Positions 8,743-16,583 of a stretch of 49,375 bases of DNA are shown piece by piece; within the stretch, counting starts at the first letter, position 1, and each line of letters starts with the position of its first letter. Under the pieces are notes generated by a model, which had not been told where the DNA came from, ran no database searches, and saw only the letters and a list, made by a program, of their open reading frames with translations. The DNA is taken from IMG/VR virus record IMGVR_UViG_3300005262_000002; one strand, written 5' to 3'. The translations under genes were made by a program, and so were the position numbers. Origin of the DNA: a virus.

Positions 8743-8812
8743 TACGCAGAAAACGTAAGGCGCAACAAAAATCGTACGTGGAGTGCGTAAAAAGATTTGC
8801 GCAGTTTGCGTA
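8743..8812. promoter_or_regulatory. Three operator-like 15-mers (TACG-N7-CGTA type) upstream of the leftward operon
   Basis: 8743-8757 TACGCAGAAAACGTA, 8775-8789 TACGTGGAGTGCGTA, 8798-8812 TGCGCAGTTTGCGTA. Confidence 0.45.
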
Positions 8813-8820
8813 GAGGGCTT

Positions 8821-8856
8821 AAAAGAAAAGCGCCGGCGGGATGATCCGACCGGCGC
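8821..8856 (-). terminator. Rho-independent terminator (minus strand)
   Basis: GCGCCGG (8830-8836) pairs with CCGGCGC (8850-8856). On the minus strand this is followed by TTTTCTTTT. Confidence 0.6.
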
Positions 8857-9373
8857 TCAAAGCAGCTTTCCTGATAGAAAATACCTAACACATCACAATG
8901 ATTGATGGAATAGGCATAGCTGCCGAGAGGCGCTGAAAAGCGCAAAATCTTGGGTCTGCTCGGATGTTCCCGCCAAGATGATGCGTCTCAGAGGTGCAAA
9001 GGCAGCGGTTTTTCAAGGGTATTGTCCCGCGCCGCCGATCACTCCGGCAAATCAATCCCAACGCGGTACCGGCGCCAGGCTCACCGGGCGAAGTCAGACG
9101 GGGTTGATGGCCCGCCCGATCACAGCTTTGCAGGCTGCGGGATAACAGCAGAACCAAATGTGGAGACCGCCGAGAGGCGAACTTCAATAGTGGCGAGTAC
9201 CGATTGCACCGCTTGACCGGCGGGAGGATGCCAGAACACAGCCCGGTAGGGTCCGGGAAAACAAAACTATCTGCTGGTTATATCGACTTCATGGATGCTT
9301 GGCCGAGAGGATCGGCAGCGAAGGATGTGTCTCCACAGGACCATCCTAATGCCTAGGTTATGCCCAGAGCAGA
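8857..9373 (-). ncRNA. Candidate long non-coding transcript / structured 3' region downstream of the Arc-like gene
   Basis: About 515 nt without a credible ORF, bounded by the arc-like stop and the terminator. Several 5-7 bp hairpins and three copies of GCCGAGAGG. Confidence 0.25.
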
Positions 9374-9652
9374 TTAAGGGATCTCTTTTCGAACTGTTTC
9401 GAGACGATCGAAGACTTCCCGCCAAGCATCATCGCGGTTTTCCACAGGCAAGCCTTTAACCACATCAGCGATCTCTTGTATGTACGCGTCGATCACGGAC
9501 GTGGCCGGATAAGTCTTGTCCAGGAGGATGAGAAGTTCAGCGTTCATAGATCGGCCATTAGCGTCCGCAGCCCGTTTAATGCGGTCTCGCAACCCGTCTG
9601 GTACGCGGATGATGATTTTGTCCAGCAATTGGCTGGGGCTCAGATCGCTCAT
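9374..9652 (-). CDS. Arc/Mnt-type ribbon-helix-helix DNA-binding protein
   Basis: IIIRVPDGLRDRIKRAADANGRSMNAELLILLDK matches the Arc RHH pattern. Confidence 0.8.
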   Translation of the reverse strand: MSDLSPSQLLDKIIIRVPDGLRDRIKRAADANGRSMNAELLILLDKTYPATSVIDAYIQEIADVVKGLPVENRDDAWREVFDRLETVRKEIP

Positions 9653-9802
9653 GAAGAGAGTGCATACAATCCACTACTCGGCAAATAAATCGTGGCAACT
9701 TGCCATACTCGGTTGACGCGAGTGTGAGCGGTCGTCAACATTTGCGTAGGGGGCTATCGTTGGGAGGAAAATTACTTGGCGGAAAAAGACGTGATGAAAA
9801 CG

Positions 9803-9843
9803 AAAAGGCGGAGCACCGGCTTACGAATCCAGCTTCGCCTTTT
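9803..9843. terminator. Weak symmetric hairpin (A4-GGCG...CGCC-T4), possible bidirectional terminator
   Basis: AAAAGGCG (9803-9810) pairs with CGCCTTTT (9836-9843). The 25-nt loop makes it weak. Confidence 0.25.
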
Positions 9844-9961
9844 GGGAAAAGCAACATTCAAAGTTGGGGACCGTCAACATGCCGAGGCATGCTAGCATCA
9901 GTGCGTTTCTGTTTGCAATCGTACCAAGCCTGAATAACTGTTCTCGGAGGCTTGATGAATA

Positions 9962-10324
9962 ATGCATAGACTATTCACGCCTTTACCACCTCCCGAGAAA
10001 GTCCTCTCCGATCGCTTCCGCGTTCATCCGGTCGAGGGAGATGGAATGGACCCGACCCTTCGAGGCGGTCGTGATTATGTCCTGCTGGCACCCGTAACCC
10101 TTTATGAAGGTGAGGGGATCTACCTCGTAAACGTAGGTGCCGGCCTCGATCTCTTCCGCGTCAGCAACGTCTTCGACGGCAATGGAGGACTGCTTCTCTC
10201 TCAAGAGAACCCCCGCGGCGGATACCACAGACTAAGCAGAGAACAGTTTGATAGCCTGGTCGTCGGCATAGTGGTTGCCGACATAAGAACGCGCGATGAG
10301 CGCTTCCTACGGGGCGGCGCGTAA
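9962..10324 (+). CDS. Stand-alone S24 (LexA/CI C-terminal) domain protein lacking the Ser/Lys dyad
   Basis: VEGDGMDPTLRGGRDYVLL aligns to GDSMYPNYMPGDRVIV of the neighbouring CI, and LDLFRV aligns to PQIKRL. GGAGG lies 11 nt upstream. Confidence 0.7.
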   Translation: MHRLFTPLPPPEKVLSDRFRVHPVEGDGMDPTLRGGRDYVLLAPVTLYEGEGIYLVNVGAGLDLFRVSNVFDGNGGLLLSQENPRGGYHRLSREQFDSLVVGIVVADIRTRDERFLRGGA

Positions 10325-10333
10325 CAGCGCCGC

Positions 10334-11146
10334 TTATCTTCTGGCGATATGTCCGCAGATGCGGCCAATGATGATCAGTCGCTCGAGTTCCACCGTGAAC
10401 GTCTCCAACGCTGGATTGTCCGAGATGATCTTCACTTGCACCGGATCGGAGAACGGGACGCGCTGCAGCCGCTTGATTTGAGGCTCTGACGCTCCATCAG
10501 AGATTGAGTAGACCGTATCGGAGACGAACCTGTTTTGAGACAGGTCGACGATCACGCGGTCCCCCGGCATGTAGTTCGGGTACATCGAATCGCCAATCAC
10601 TTCCATGACGACGGTATGCGACGGCGATGCCTTGGCTTCGCTGCGAAGGTAGTCCTTCGGGATGAGCCACTCGGCGATTACCCGGTGGCCAGATATACTG
10701 GCGTTACCGACAGGCAGGTTGATGACCTCACCCACGACGCCTTCACCCGCGCCGAGCTTCACGTCCAGCTCGGGCAGGGCGTTTGCGACACTCGGCTGCC
10801 AATGCTCCCGTGTGTAGGCTACTTCGCCATCATGGCTGTCGGTTTCGTCAGGATCAAAGGACGGAATGAAGCCGCCTCGGCCAATCACCTCTGGCATTGC
10901 AAGAGCCCAAACCTCCGACGGCGTGATGGCCGGATCACCCCTGCCGACGAGCGCCTTGATCATCTTCATGACTAGTTCGGTGGCAAGGTATTCCTTCTTG
11001 AATAGGGCTGGGTCCTCATAGCGCTGGATGCTCGACGCGCGGGAGTAACCCATCGCGCGGGCAAACTCATCCATGGATAAGCCAGCCCGTTCGCGGAGGG
11101 CTCTAACTTTAGCAGTTACAGAATCAGTGTCGTGTTCAGCGCTCAT
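10334..11146 (-). CDS. cI: CI-like repressor (XRE HTH plus S24 autopeptidase domain)
   Basis: N-terminal LRERAGLSMDEFARAMGYSRASSIQRYE. C-terminal GDSMYPNYMPGDRVIV and QIKRL. Confidence 0.9.
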   Translation of the reverse strand: MSAEHDTDSVTAKVRALRERAGLSMDEFARAMGYSRASSIQRYEDPALFKKEYLATELVMKMIKALVGRGDPAITPSEVWALAMPEVIGRGGFIPSFDPDETDSHDGEVAYTREHWQPSVANALPELDVKLGAGEGVVGEVINLPVGNASISGHRVIAEWLIPKDYLRSEAKASPSHTVVMEVIGDSMYPNYMPGDRVIVDLSQNRFVSDTVYSISDGASEPQIKRLQRVPFSDPVQVKIISDNPALETFTVELERLIIIGRICGHIARR

Positions 11147-11154
11147 GGTTTAAT

Positions 11155-11211
11155 TACGCAAAATGCGTTTACGTTTTCCACGTTGACATGCTTACGCGAA
11201 GCGCGTAGAAC
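11155..11211. promoter_or_regulatory. cI/cro divergent control region: two operator palindromes and a rightward promoter candidate
   Basis: 11155-11169 TACGCAAAATGCGTT. 11193-11207 TACGCGAAGCGCGTA is a perfect 6-3-6 palindrome. TTGACA (11183-11188), 17-nt spacer, TAGAAC (11206-11211). Confidence 0.55.
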
Positions 11212-11230
11212 AGCATGAAACCAACGATGG

Positions 11231-11473
11231 ATGCGTAAAGTGGAACCCAAAACCCCAGCGGAAAACATCATCATGACGCTCGGCGGCCTGTCGAAGACCG
11301 CCAGCCTGCTTTCCACCGAGGAGAAGCGCGTAGCTGTTTCGACCGTCCAAGGTTGGAAGGAGCGCGGGAAGATCCCACAGGAATGGTGGGAGCTGATCAT
11401 CGAGGCCGGCAAGTCGGTCGACAAGACGATCGAGCTGCAGATGTTCCTCCAGATCCCGGAGAAGGCAGCGTGA
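11231..11473 (+). CDS. cro: Cro-like small DNA-binding regulator
   Basis: VSTVQGWKERGKIPQEWW is a Cro/YdaS-like motif. Divergent from cI. The start is uncertain (11231 or MTLGG at 11273). Confidence 0.6.
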   Translation: MRKVEPKTPAENIIMTLGGLSKTASLLSTEEKRVAVSTVQGWKERGKIPQEWWELIIEAGKSVDKTIELQMFLQIPEKAA

Positions 11474-11928
11474 GCGTGTTCTCTGAGAATCTTCGGAAGG
11501 CACGCAACGCCGCTGGATATACGCAACAGGAAGTCGCCGATCATTTCGATGTGACGCGGGGAGCGATAGCTCAGTGGGAGTCTGGTGTCGTTTATCCAGA
11601 AGGGCCCAGGTTGGCAGCAATCGCGGAATTCCTCGATTGTTCTCTCGACGTACTTTTCCGCTCTGAGCAATGCGATGTTGAAGCGGAGCCCATAAAGCCG
11701 AGCACAGCAAAGTTCTGGATGGTTCTCGGCATAGGGCAGGGCGTGCCTCGTTACCAGCACGGAAGCCTTGAAAGCGCACAGGCGGAAGCCAAGCGCCTCG
11801 CTGGTCTCTACCCGGAAATCACCTTCGTCGTGCTGGCTTCTGTCGACGCCTACGTGTCCACCAAGCCGCAGGTCAATCAACTCGTCATCGGTGAGCCAAT
11901 TGGGCCGACCGACGATATCCCATTCTGA
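11470..11928 (+). CDS. XRE-family HTH regulator (cII-position)
   Basis: GTG start overlaps the cro-like stop (GTGA). LRKARNAAGYTQQEVADHFDVTRGAIAQWESG. Confidence 0.7.
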   Translation: MSVFSENLRKARNAAGYTQQEVADHFDVTRGAIAQWESGVVYPEGPRLAAIAEFLDCSLDVLFRSEQCDVEAEPIKPSTAKFWMVLGIGQGVPRYQHGSLESAQAEAKRLAGLYPEITFVVLASVDAYVSTKPQVNQLVIGEPIGPTDDIPF

Positions 11929-11940
11929 GGAGGAGTTCCC

Positions 11941-12183
11941 ATGACCGAGATCCTTCAAGGTCTTCTGTTCTGCCTGGGCGGCGCGACGTTCTTCATTTGC
12001 GGCATCGTCGCTATCGCATCCCCAATGCTCTCTTCTCAAATCAGTCGGGAGAGCCGGGATGAAGAGTCCGGCGCCCCGGAGGGCGATATCACTAATTCCC
12101 ATCATTTCCAGACCCCAAACGCTCCAGGTTCCACGCTTAGCGTTCGGGCTTCGTACCAGTCAGTGCGTTCAGTAGACGGGTAA
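11941..12183 (+). CDS. Small membrane protein (80 aa)
   Basis: GAGGAGGAG RBS. TM segment LLFCLGGATFFICGIVAIASPML. Confidence 0.55.
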   Translation: MTEILQGLLFCLGGATFFICGIVAIASPMLSSQISRESRDEESGAPEGDITNSHHFQTPNAPGSTLSVRASYQSVRSVDG

Positions 12184-12236
12184 CTCAGTACCAGTACCCG
12201 CCCGCCCTGATCATCAATCTATCAGGGCTGGCGAAC

Positions 12237-12650
12237 ATGAAGTGGCTGAAATCCAACCAGAACGAATCAACAACAAAGCAGGGAAAGCAGCAGATGTCTT
12301 TTGTAGATGCATACTCCCCGGAAAGGGCGTCGGGTTATGCCAAAAAGCTCTTCCAATCAGTCGTAAAGGGATGGGGGACCTACCCCCTTGCCGTCGATGA
12401 ATGCGCCAAGCGGAGCCGCATGTCCGAGAGAAGTTTCGAGCGCCTGATGAAAGGCGAGACGAAGGACCCGAAGCTGACCATCCTCGGTCGGGTCCGAGGC
12501 GCATACATCCAATACTGCGAAGAGCAGATCTCGCGCCTCCAGCATGAAATCCACATCGAGATGACGAGGAACTCCGATGACGTTTTGGAAACTCTGGCTG
12601 CTGAGGCTGAGGCTTTGGCTGCACGTATCAAGCAAGCGAAGGGAAGGTGA
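12237..12650 (+). CDS. Hypothetical protein (137 aa)
   Basis: Protein-like with a C-terminal coiled coil. An alternative start is MSFVD at 12294. Confidence 0.5.
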   Translation: MKWLKSNQNESTTKQGKQQMSFVDAYSPERASGYAKKLFQSVVKGWGTYPLAVDECAKRSRMSERSFERLMKGETKDPKLTILGRVRGAYIQYCEEQISRLQHEIHIEMTRNSDDVLETLAAEAEALAARIKQAKGR

Positions 12651-12655
12651 TCAGA

Positions 12656-13201
12656 ATGACGGCAGTCGGGCACAACACAGCACTCAACGCGGAAGAGCAC
12701 CAGGCACTCTGGAGCCATCATATCCGCAAGAAGCTCGACATTCATCGCCGTCTCGCAGAGCTCAAGGCTGACGAAAAGAAGATCGATGCGGATCTGAAGA
12801 ACGACGGTTTCTCCAAGTCCGAGATGAAAGACTACATCGACTGCATGACCACCGACGACCCTCAGAAGAAGGTCGACAACTTCAACATGCTCAAGCGCAA
12901 TCGTGTCCGGCTCGGTCTGATCCAGGATGATCGAGGCGCCGATCTCCTCGCGGACCGGGTCACGACCGAGCAGATGATCTATGCCGCCGGTGTCGAGGCG
13001 GGTCTCGCCGCTCTCGATCGCGTCTCCAAGAAGTATCAGGCCGGCAGCACCGAAGATCGGGCGTGGCTTGACGGTTATGACGAGGGCCAGCGCATCGCCC
13101 GAGAGAACCTCCAGTCGGCCATGGAGAAGCGCAACGCCGCCAAGCAGGCCGCGACGAATGAAGAACCAGCGGCTGATCCGGATACCGATCCCTTCGAATA
13201 G
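12656..13201 (+). CDS. Hypothetical protein (181 aa)
   Basis: ATG at 12656, 9 nt after GGGAAGG. The track start at 12647 is a GTG. Confidence 0.55.
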   Translation: MTAVGHNTALNAEEHQALWSHHIRKKLDIHRRLAELKADEKKIDADLKNDGFSKSEMKDYIDCMTTDDPQKKVDNFNMLKRNRVRLGLIQDDRGADLLADRVTTEQMIYAAGVEAGLAALDRVSKKYQAGSTEDRAWLDGYDEGQRIARENLQSAMEKRNAAKQAATNEEPAADPDTDPFE

Positions 13202-13307
13202 CAAGCTCCCTGCACGGCCGCCATCCTCCTCCCAAGCGCGGCCGTCAAACTACCGAGGCGCAAATGCCTCGGTCCTTCTCCCAAAATACCAGACAGACGA
13301 GGGGAAC

Positions 13308-13955
13308 ATGCTCCAGCAAATTTTTACATGGACGGAAGCAAACATTGGGCTCCTACGGGAGATGGTTGCCTCCGGAATGTCAGCAAGCCAGGCAGCCGCC
13401 AAGCTCAGATGCTCGCGCAATGCGGTTATCGGCAAGGCTCACAGGTTGGGCATCAGCTTCGGTCATAGCCGTGGCGCACCGACGAAGCTCAAGCCAGAGA
13501 AGAAGCAGACACAAGCCCCAAAGACACCGTGGACGCCCGAGCGGATCGAGAAAGCCGCTCAGATGTGGCGGGACGGCAAGGCTGCAGAGGCCATTGCAAA
13601 CGCTGTAGGCTGCTCTTTAGCCGCTCTACACTTCACCGCCGGCAAATATCGCGAACAGTTCCCTATGCGCAATCTGCGCCGTGGTCGAGCTACCAATACT
13701 GCCGAAAGCAGCGGCCACACCTTCACCGCAGACTCCGTTCCGTTCCTTCTGCCTGACTTTCCCGGCGTCGAGTTCCAACATCTGGAGCCCCACCACTGCA
13801 AGTTTCCCGTCTCCAATGACGTAGGCGCCTCGATGAAGTGCTGCGGAGCCGATCGCAACACAACCGGCCCTTACTGCGCCGTGCATGCCGCTGTTGCCAG
13901 GGGACGCGGAACCGAGAGCGAGCGCAAGGCTACGAAAATCGGGAGGGCTTGGTGA
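13308..13955 (+). CDS. gcrA: GcrA-family cell-cycle regulator homologue
   Basis: WTEANIGLLREMVASGMSASQAAAKLRCSRNAVIGKAHRLG plus C-terminal CKFPV...MKCCGADRNTTGPYCAVH. Confidence 0.8.
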   Translation: MLQQIFTWTEANIGLLREMVASGMSASQAAAKLRCSRNAVIGKAHRLGISFGHSRGAPTKLKPEKKQTQAPKTPWTPERIEKAAQMWRDGKAAEAIANAVGCSLAALHFTAGKYREQFPMRNLRRGRATNTAESSGHTFTADSVPFLLPDFPGVEFQHLEPHHCKFPVSNDVGASMKCCGADRNTTGPYCAVHAAVARGRGTESERKATKIGRAW

Positions 13956-14560
13956 TGACCCTCATCTTCGGCTTCGACCCGTCCAAGTCTACCGGCTGGT
14001 GCGTCTATGACCCCGACCAGCAGAAGCGGGACCGCAACTTCGCCCATATCAAATGCGGCGTGTTGCAGATGCCCGACAAGGCTGATCACTACTACACCGG
14101 CGATCAGATCGGTCTGAAGGTAGCGGCTCTCATCCGCGAGTATGGCAAGCCCGACTGGGTGGTCCTCGAGGAGCAATCCCTCGCCAAGATCGGCAACACC
14201 AGCGCCGACGCCATGCTCTATCCGTGGATTGCTACCACGGCCATCGTCTCGACGATCGCTAACTTCGGCATTCCATACGGCACGCTTCCCCCAGGCACAT
14301 GGCGCAAGGCCTTCTACGGCCAGACGTTCAAGCCGCCGCTCGACAACAAGGGCAAGAAGGACTGGAAGAGCGCGGCTGTCACCGAGTGCGAGCGCCTAGG
14401 GATCAAACTCCCACCACAGAAGGCTCTTGGACACAACGCGGCCGAGGCGTGCGCTCTCGCCATCTGCTGGGGCGTTCGAGAAATGAAGGTTCACGCCGGC
14501 CGGTACCAGCAGCCGCTTATGGATCTCCGTATGGCTCGAAATGAGAGGGCGGTGGCATGA
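13955..14560 (+). CDS. RuvC-like Holliday junction resolvase
   Basis: MTLIFGFDPSKSTGW, VVLEEQS, HNAAEACALA. TGATG coupling to the upstream gene. Confidence 0.65.
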   Translation: MTLIFGFDPSKSTGWCVYDPDQQKRDRNFAHIKCGVLQMPDKADHYYTGDQIGLKVAALIREYGKPDWVVLEEQSLAKIGNTSADAMLYPWIATTAIVSTIANFGIPYGTLPPGTWRKAFYGQTFKPPLDNKGKKDWKSAAVTECERLGIKLPPQKALGHNAAEACALAICWGVREMKVHAGRYQQPLMDLRMARNERAVA

Positions 14561-15129
14561 GGCTCTTCAACTGGCCGTTCGGCGACCTTCAACCTCATTC
14601 CTTCGATTTCATCATGGCTGACCCGCCGTGGCGATTCCAGCTTCGCTCAGAGAAGGGCGAGGGGAAATCGGCGCAGGCTCATTACCGGACCATGCCACTC
14701 GACGAGATTAACGCGATGCCTGTTCTCGATCTGGCTGCACCGAATTGCACGCTTTGGCTCTGGTGCACCGCGCCGATGCTGCCAAAGCAGATGACGACTG
14801 TACGCGCGTGGGGCTTCTCCTACTGCACAGAAGGTGTGTGGGTGAAGATGACAAAGCACGGAAAGGTGGCTTTCGGCACCGGCTACGGCCTCCGAGGTGC
14901 CCACGAGCCCTTCATCATCGCCAAGCGTGGCGAGCCGAAGCTTACCAAATCCACCCGCTCAGTCATCCACGGTAAAGTGAGGGATCACTCTCGCAAGCCT
15001 GAAGAGGCCTACGCCGAGGCCGAGCGGCTCATGCCAAAGGCTAACCGGCTCGATCTATTTTCGCGCACCAACCGCAACGGCTGGACAGCGTGGGGCGATG
15101 AGGCTGGTAAGTTTGGAGAAGCCGCATGA
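14557..15129 (+). CDS. MT-A70-family N6-adenine DNA methyltransferase
   Basis: IMADPPWRF (DPPW motif), LWLWCT, RDHSRKPEE. Confidence 0.85.
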   Translation: MRLFNWPFGDLQPHSFDFIMADPPWRFQLRSEKGEGKSAQAHYRTMPLDEINAMPVLDLAAPNCTLWLWCTAPMLPKQMTTVRAWGFSYCTEGVWVKMTKHGKVAFGTGYGLRGAHEPFIIAKRGEPKLTKSTRSVIHGKVRDHSRKPEEAYAEAERLMPKANRLDLFSRTNRNGWTAWGDEAGKFGEAA

Positions 15130-16583
15130 ACCAGCTTGCACGCGACTTCTCCACAGACTCCCGCATGATGGACGGCATCTCGGAAGACGACATCTTCCAA
15201 GCCGAGGAGGGCGTCCTAGCAGGCATCCTCAGCAAGAACGACTATCTCGGCTCTTGCGGGCTTGAGCCTCACGACTTCGCCGAGGGGCTTCACCAGAAGA
15301 TCTTCGCATCGATCCAGCAGCTTTGCGCCGGGCACCATATCGCCGACGCGCACACGCTGAAGCCCTTCATGCCGCGGGCTATCGACAACCTTCCCATCTC
15401 CCCATCCGAATACGTGAACCGCCTGCAGAAGGCCGGCCTCTACACCCTCCAGCAGGAATTCGAAGCCAAGGTCCAGATCATCAAGGGCGCTTCGATGTCC
15501 CGCCAGTTGGAACGAGAGGCTGAGTTCATCGGCAACCTGGCGCGAGAAGGCCATACGCTTCTCACGCTCGGAGACGAGATCGAAGGCCTTGAGCAGCGAT
15601 TGAAGGAACTGCAGTCACGGTTCGCCGAGACCAAATCCATCAAGTCTCCCGGCTCTCAGTACCTCGCAGCATTCAACGCATCCGGCCGGCGCAAGAGCAT
15701 CGTAGGTGTTCCAATCGGCCTCACCGAAATCCAGCGTGTGCTGTCGGAATCGGTCTTTGCCGGCGGCAACCTCTATGGACTGCTTTCCTCATCGGGCGAG
15801 GGCAAGACCAGCCTGACGATCCAGATCATCTATCACGCGCTCGTCGAGGGGCACCCGGTCCTTTTCCTCTCCTACGACCAGTCCGCATATCAGTGCGTCC
15901 GCCAGATGGTCGCCCAGGTGCACGGCATCACGGTCAAGCAGCAGGACGAGCCTATGCGGCTCATGACCGAGCAGCAGCGCGACAAGTGCGTGGCCTTCGC
16001 AACATGGATCGAGAAGCAGCCGCTTGAGATCATCCGTTGCCAGCGGGAAGGGGTCTTGCAGCTCACGGCCTACGCCCGACGCTTTATCAAGAAATATGCC
16101 AACGGACGCACGCCGCTCATCGTCCTAGACCACATCGGCAAGGTGAAGCCTCGCGACCCTAAGCTTTCTCCCGATCGGATCTCCGGAGAGGTCACCGTCG
16201 AGCTTAAGGCACTCGCAGACGAGACGCAGAGCGCCTTCCTAGTCCTGAACCAGCGCAACAGCTTCGGCACCCGCCGAGACAACCCACGGCCAATCTCTGC
16301 TGACCTATACGGAGGCGAGGGCGCCAAGGCCGACTATGACGGCATCATCTACCTATACCGAGCCGAGAAGTACAAAGCCGATCGTGTGGCCACCGCCGCA
16401 ACAGATCAGGACTGGAAGAAGATCAACAAGGTGTTCGGGTCGGAGATCGAGGGCATCGCGGAGATCGGCAGCATCAAATGCAGGTTCGGCGATCCCAATG
16501 TCCGCGAGACGCTGAAATTCGAGGCTCAGTTCACCCGATACGTTTCCAATGCGCCAGCGCGCCCGCAGGAGTTGGATTTTTGA
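15126..16583 (+). CDS. dnaB: DnaB-like replicative helicase
   Basis: N-terminal AEEGVLAGIL...LEPHDFAEGLHQKIF. Walker A SSSGEGKTS. VLDHIGKV. Confidence 0.85.
   Translation: MNQLARDFSTDSRMMDGISEDDIFQAEEGVLAGILSKNDYLGSCGLEPHDFAEGLHQKIFASIQQLCAGHHIADAHTLKPFMPRAIDNLPISPSEYVNRLQKAGLYTLQQEFEAKVQIIKGASMSRQLEREAEFIGNLAREGHTLLTLGDEIEGLEQRLKELQSRFAETKSIKSPGSQYLAAFNASGRRKSIVGVPIGLTEIQRVLSESVFAGGNLYGLLSSSGEGKTSLTIQIIYHALVEGHPVLFLSYDQSAYQCVRQMVAQVHGITVKQQDEPMRLMTEQQRDKCVAFATWIEKQPLEIIRCQREGVLQLTAYARRFIKKYANGRTPLIVLDHIGKVKPRDPKLSPDRISGEVTVELKALADETQSAFLVLNQRNSFGTRRDNPRPISADLYGGEGAKADYDGIIYLYRAEKYKADRVATAATDQDWKKINKVFGSEIEGIAEIGSIKCRFGDPNVRETLKFEAQFTRYVSNAPARPQELDF

Noticed and set aside
8885-9187. 100-aa minus-strand ORF in the long intergenic tract (also 8712-8945 and 8950-9216)
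   Set aside because: The composition (Arg/Ser/Cys/Leu-rich) and the lack of an RBS argue against coding. The region is treated as non-coding instead.
9700-9933. 77-aa ORF between the Arc-like and S24-like genes
   Set aside because: It has low-complexity Gly/Leu/Arg content and lies in a divergent promoter region. No RBS.
11143-12105. 320-aa minus-strand ORF apparently coupled to cI
   Set aside because: It is entirely antisense to the Cro-like, XRE and small membrane protein genes, which have motifs and RBSs. Its translation has no recognisable features. This is a typical GC-rich antisense open frame.
12380-13204. 274-aa minus-strand ORF
   Set aside because: It is antisense to two plus-strand genes in an otherwise unidirectional operon, and the sequence is junk-like.
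12981-13307. N-terminal extension of the GcrA-like ORF (324-aa version)
   Set aside because: The extension overlaps the previous gene in another frame and is Pro/Arg/Ser-rich. The GcrA homology begins at MLQQIFTWTE (13308).
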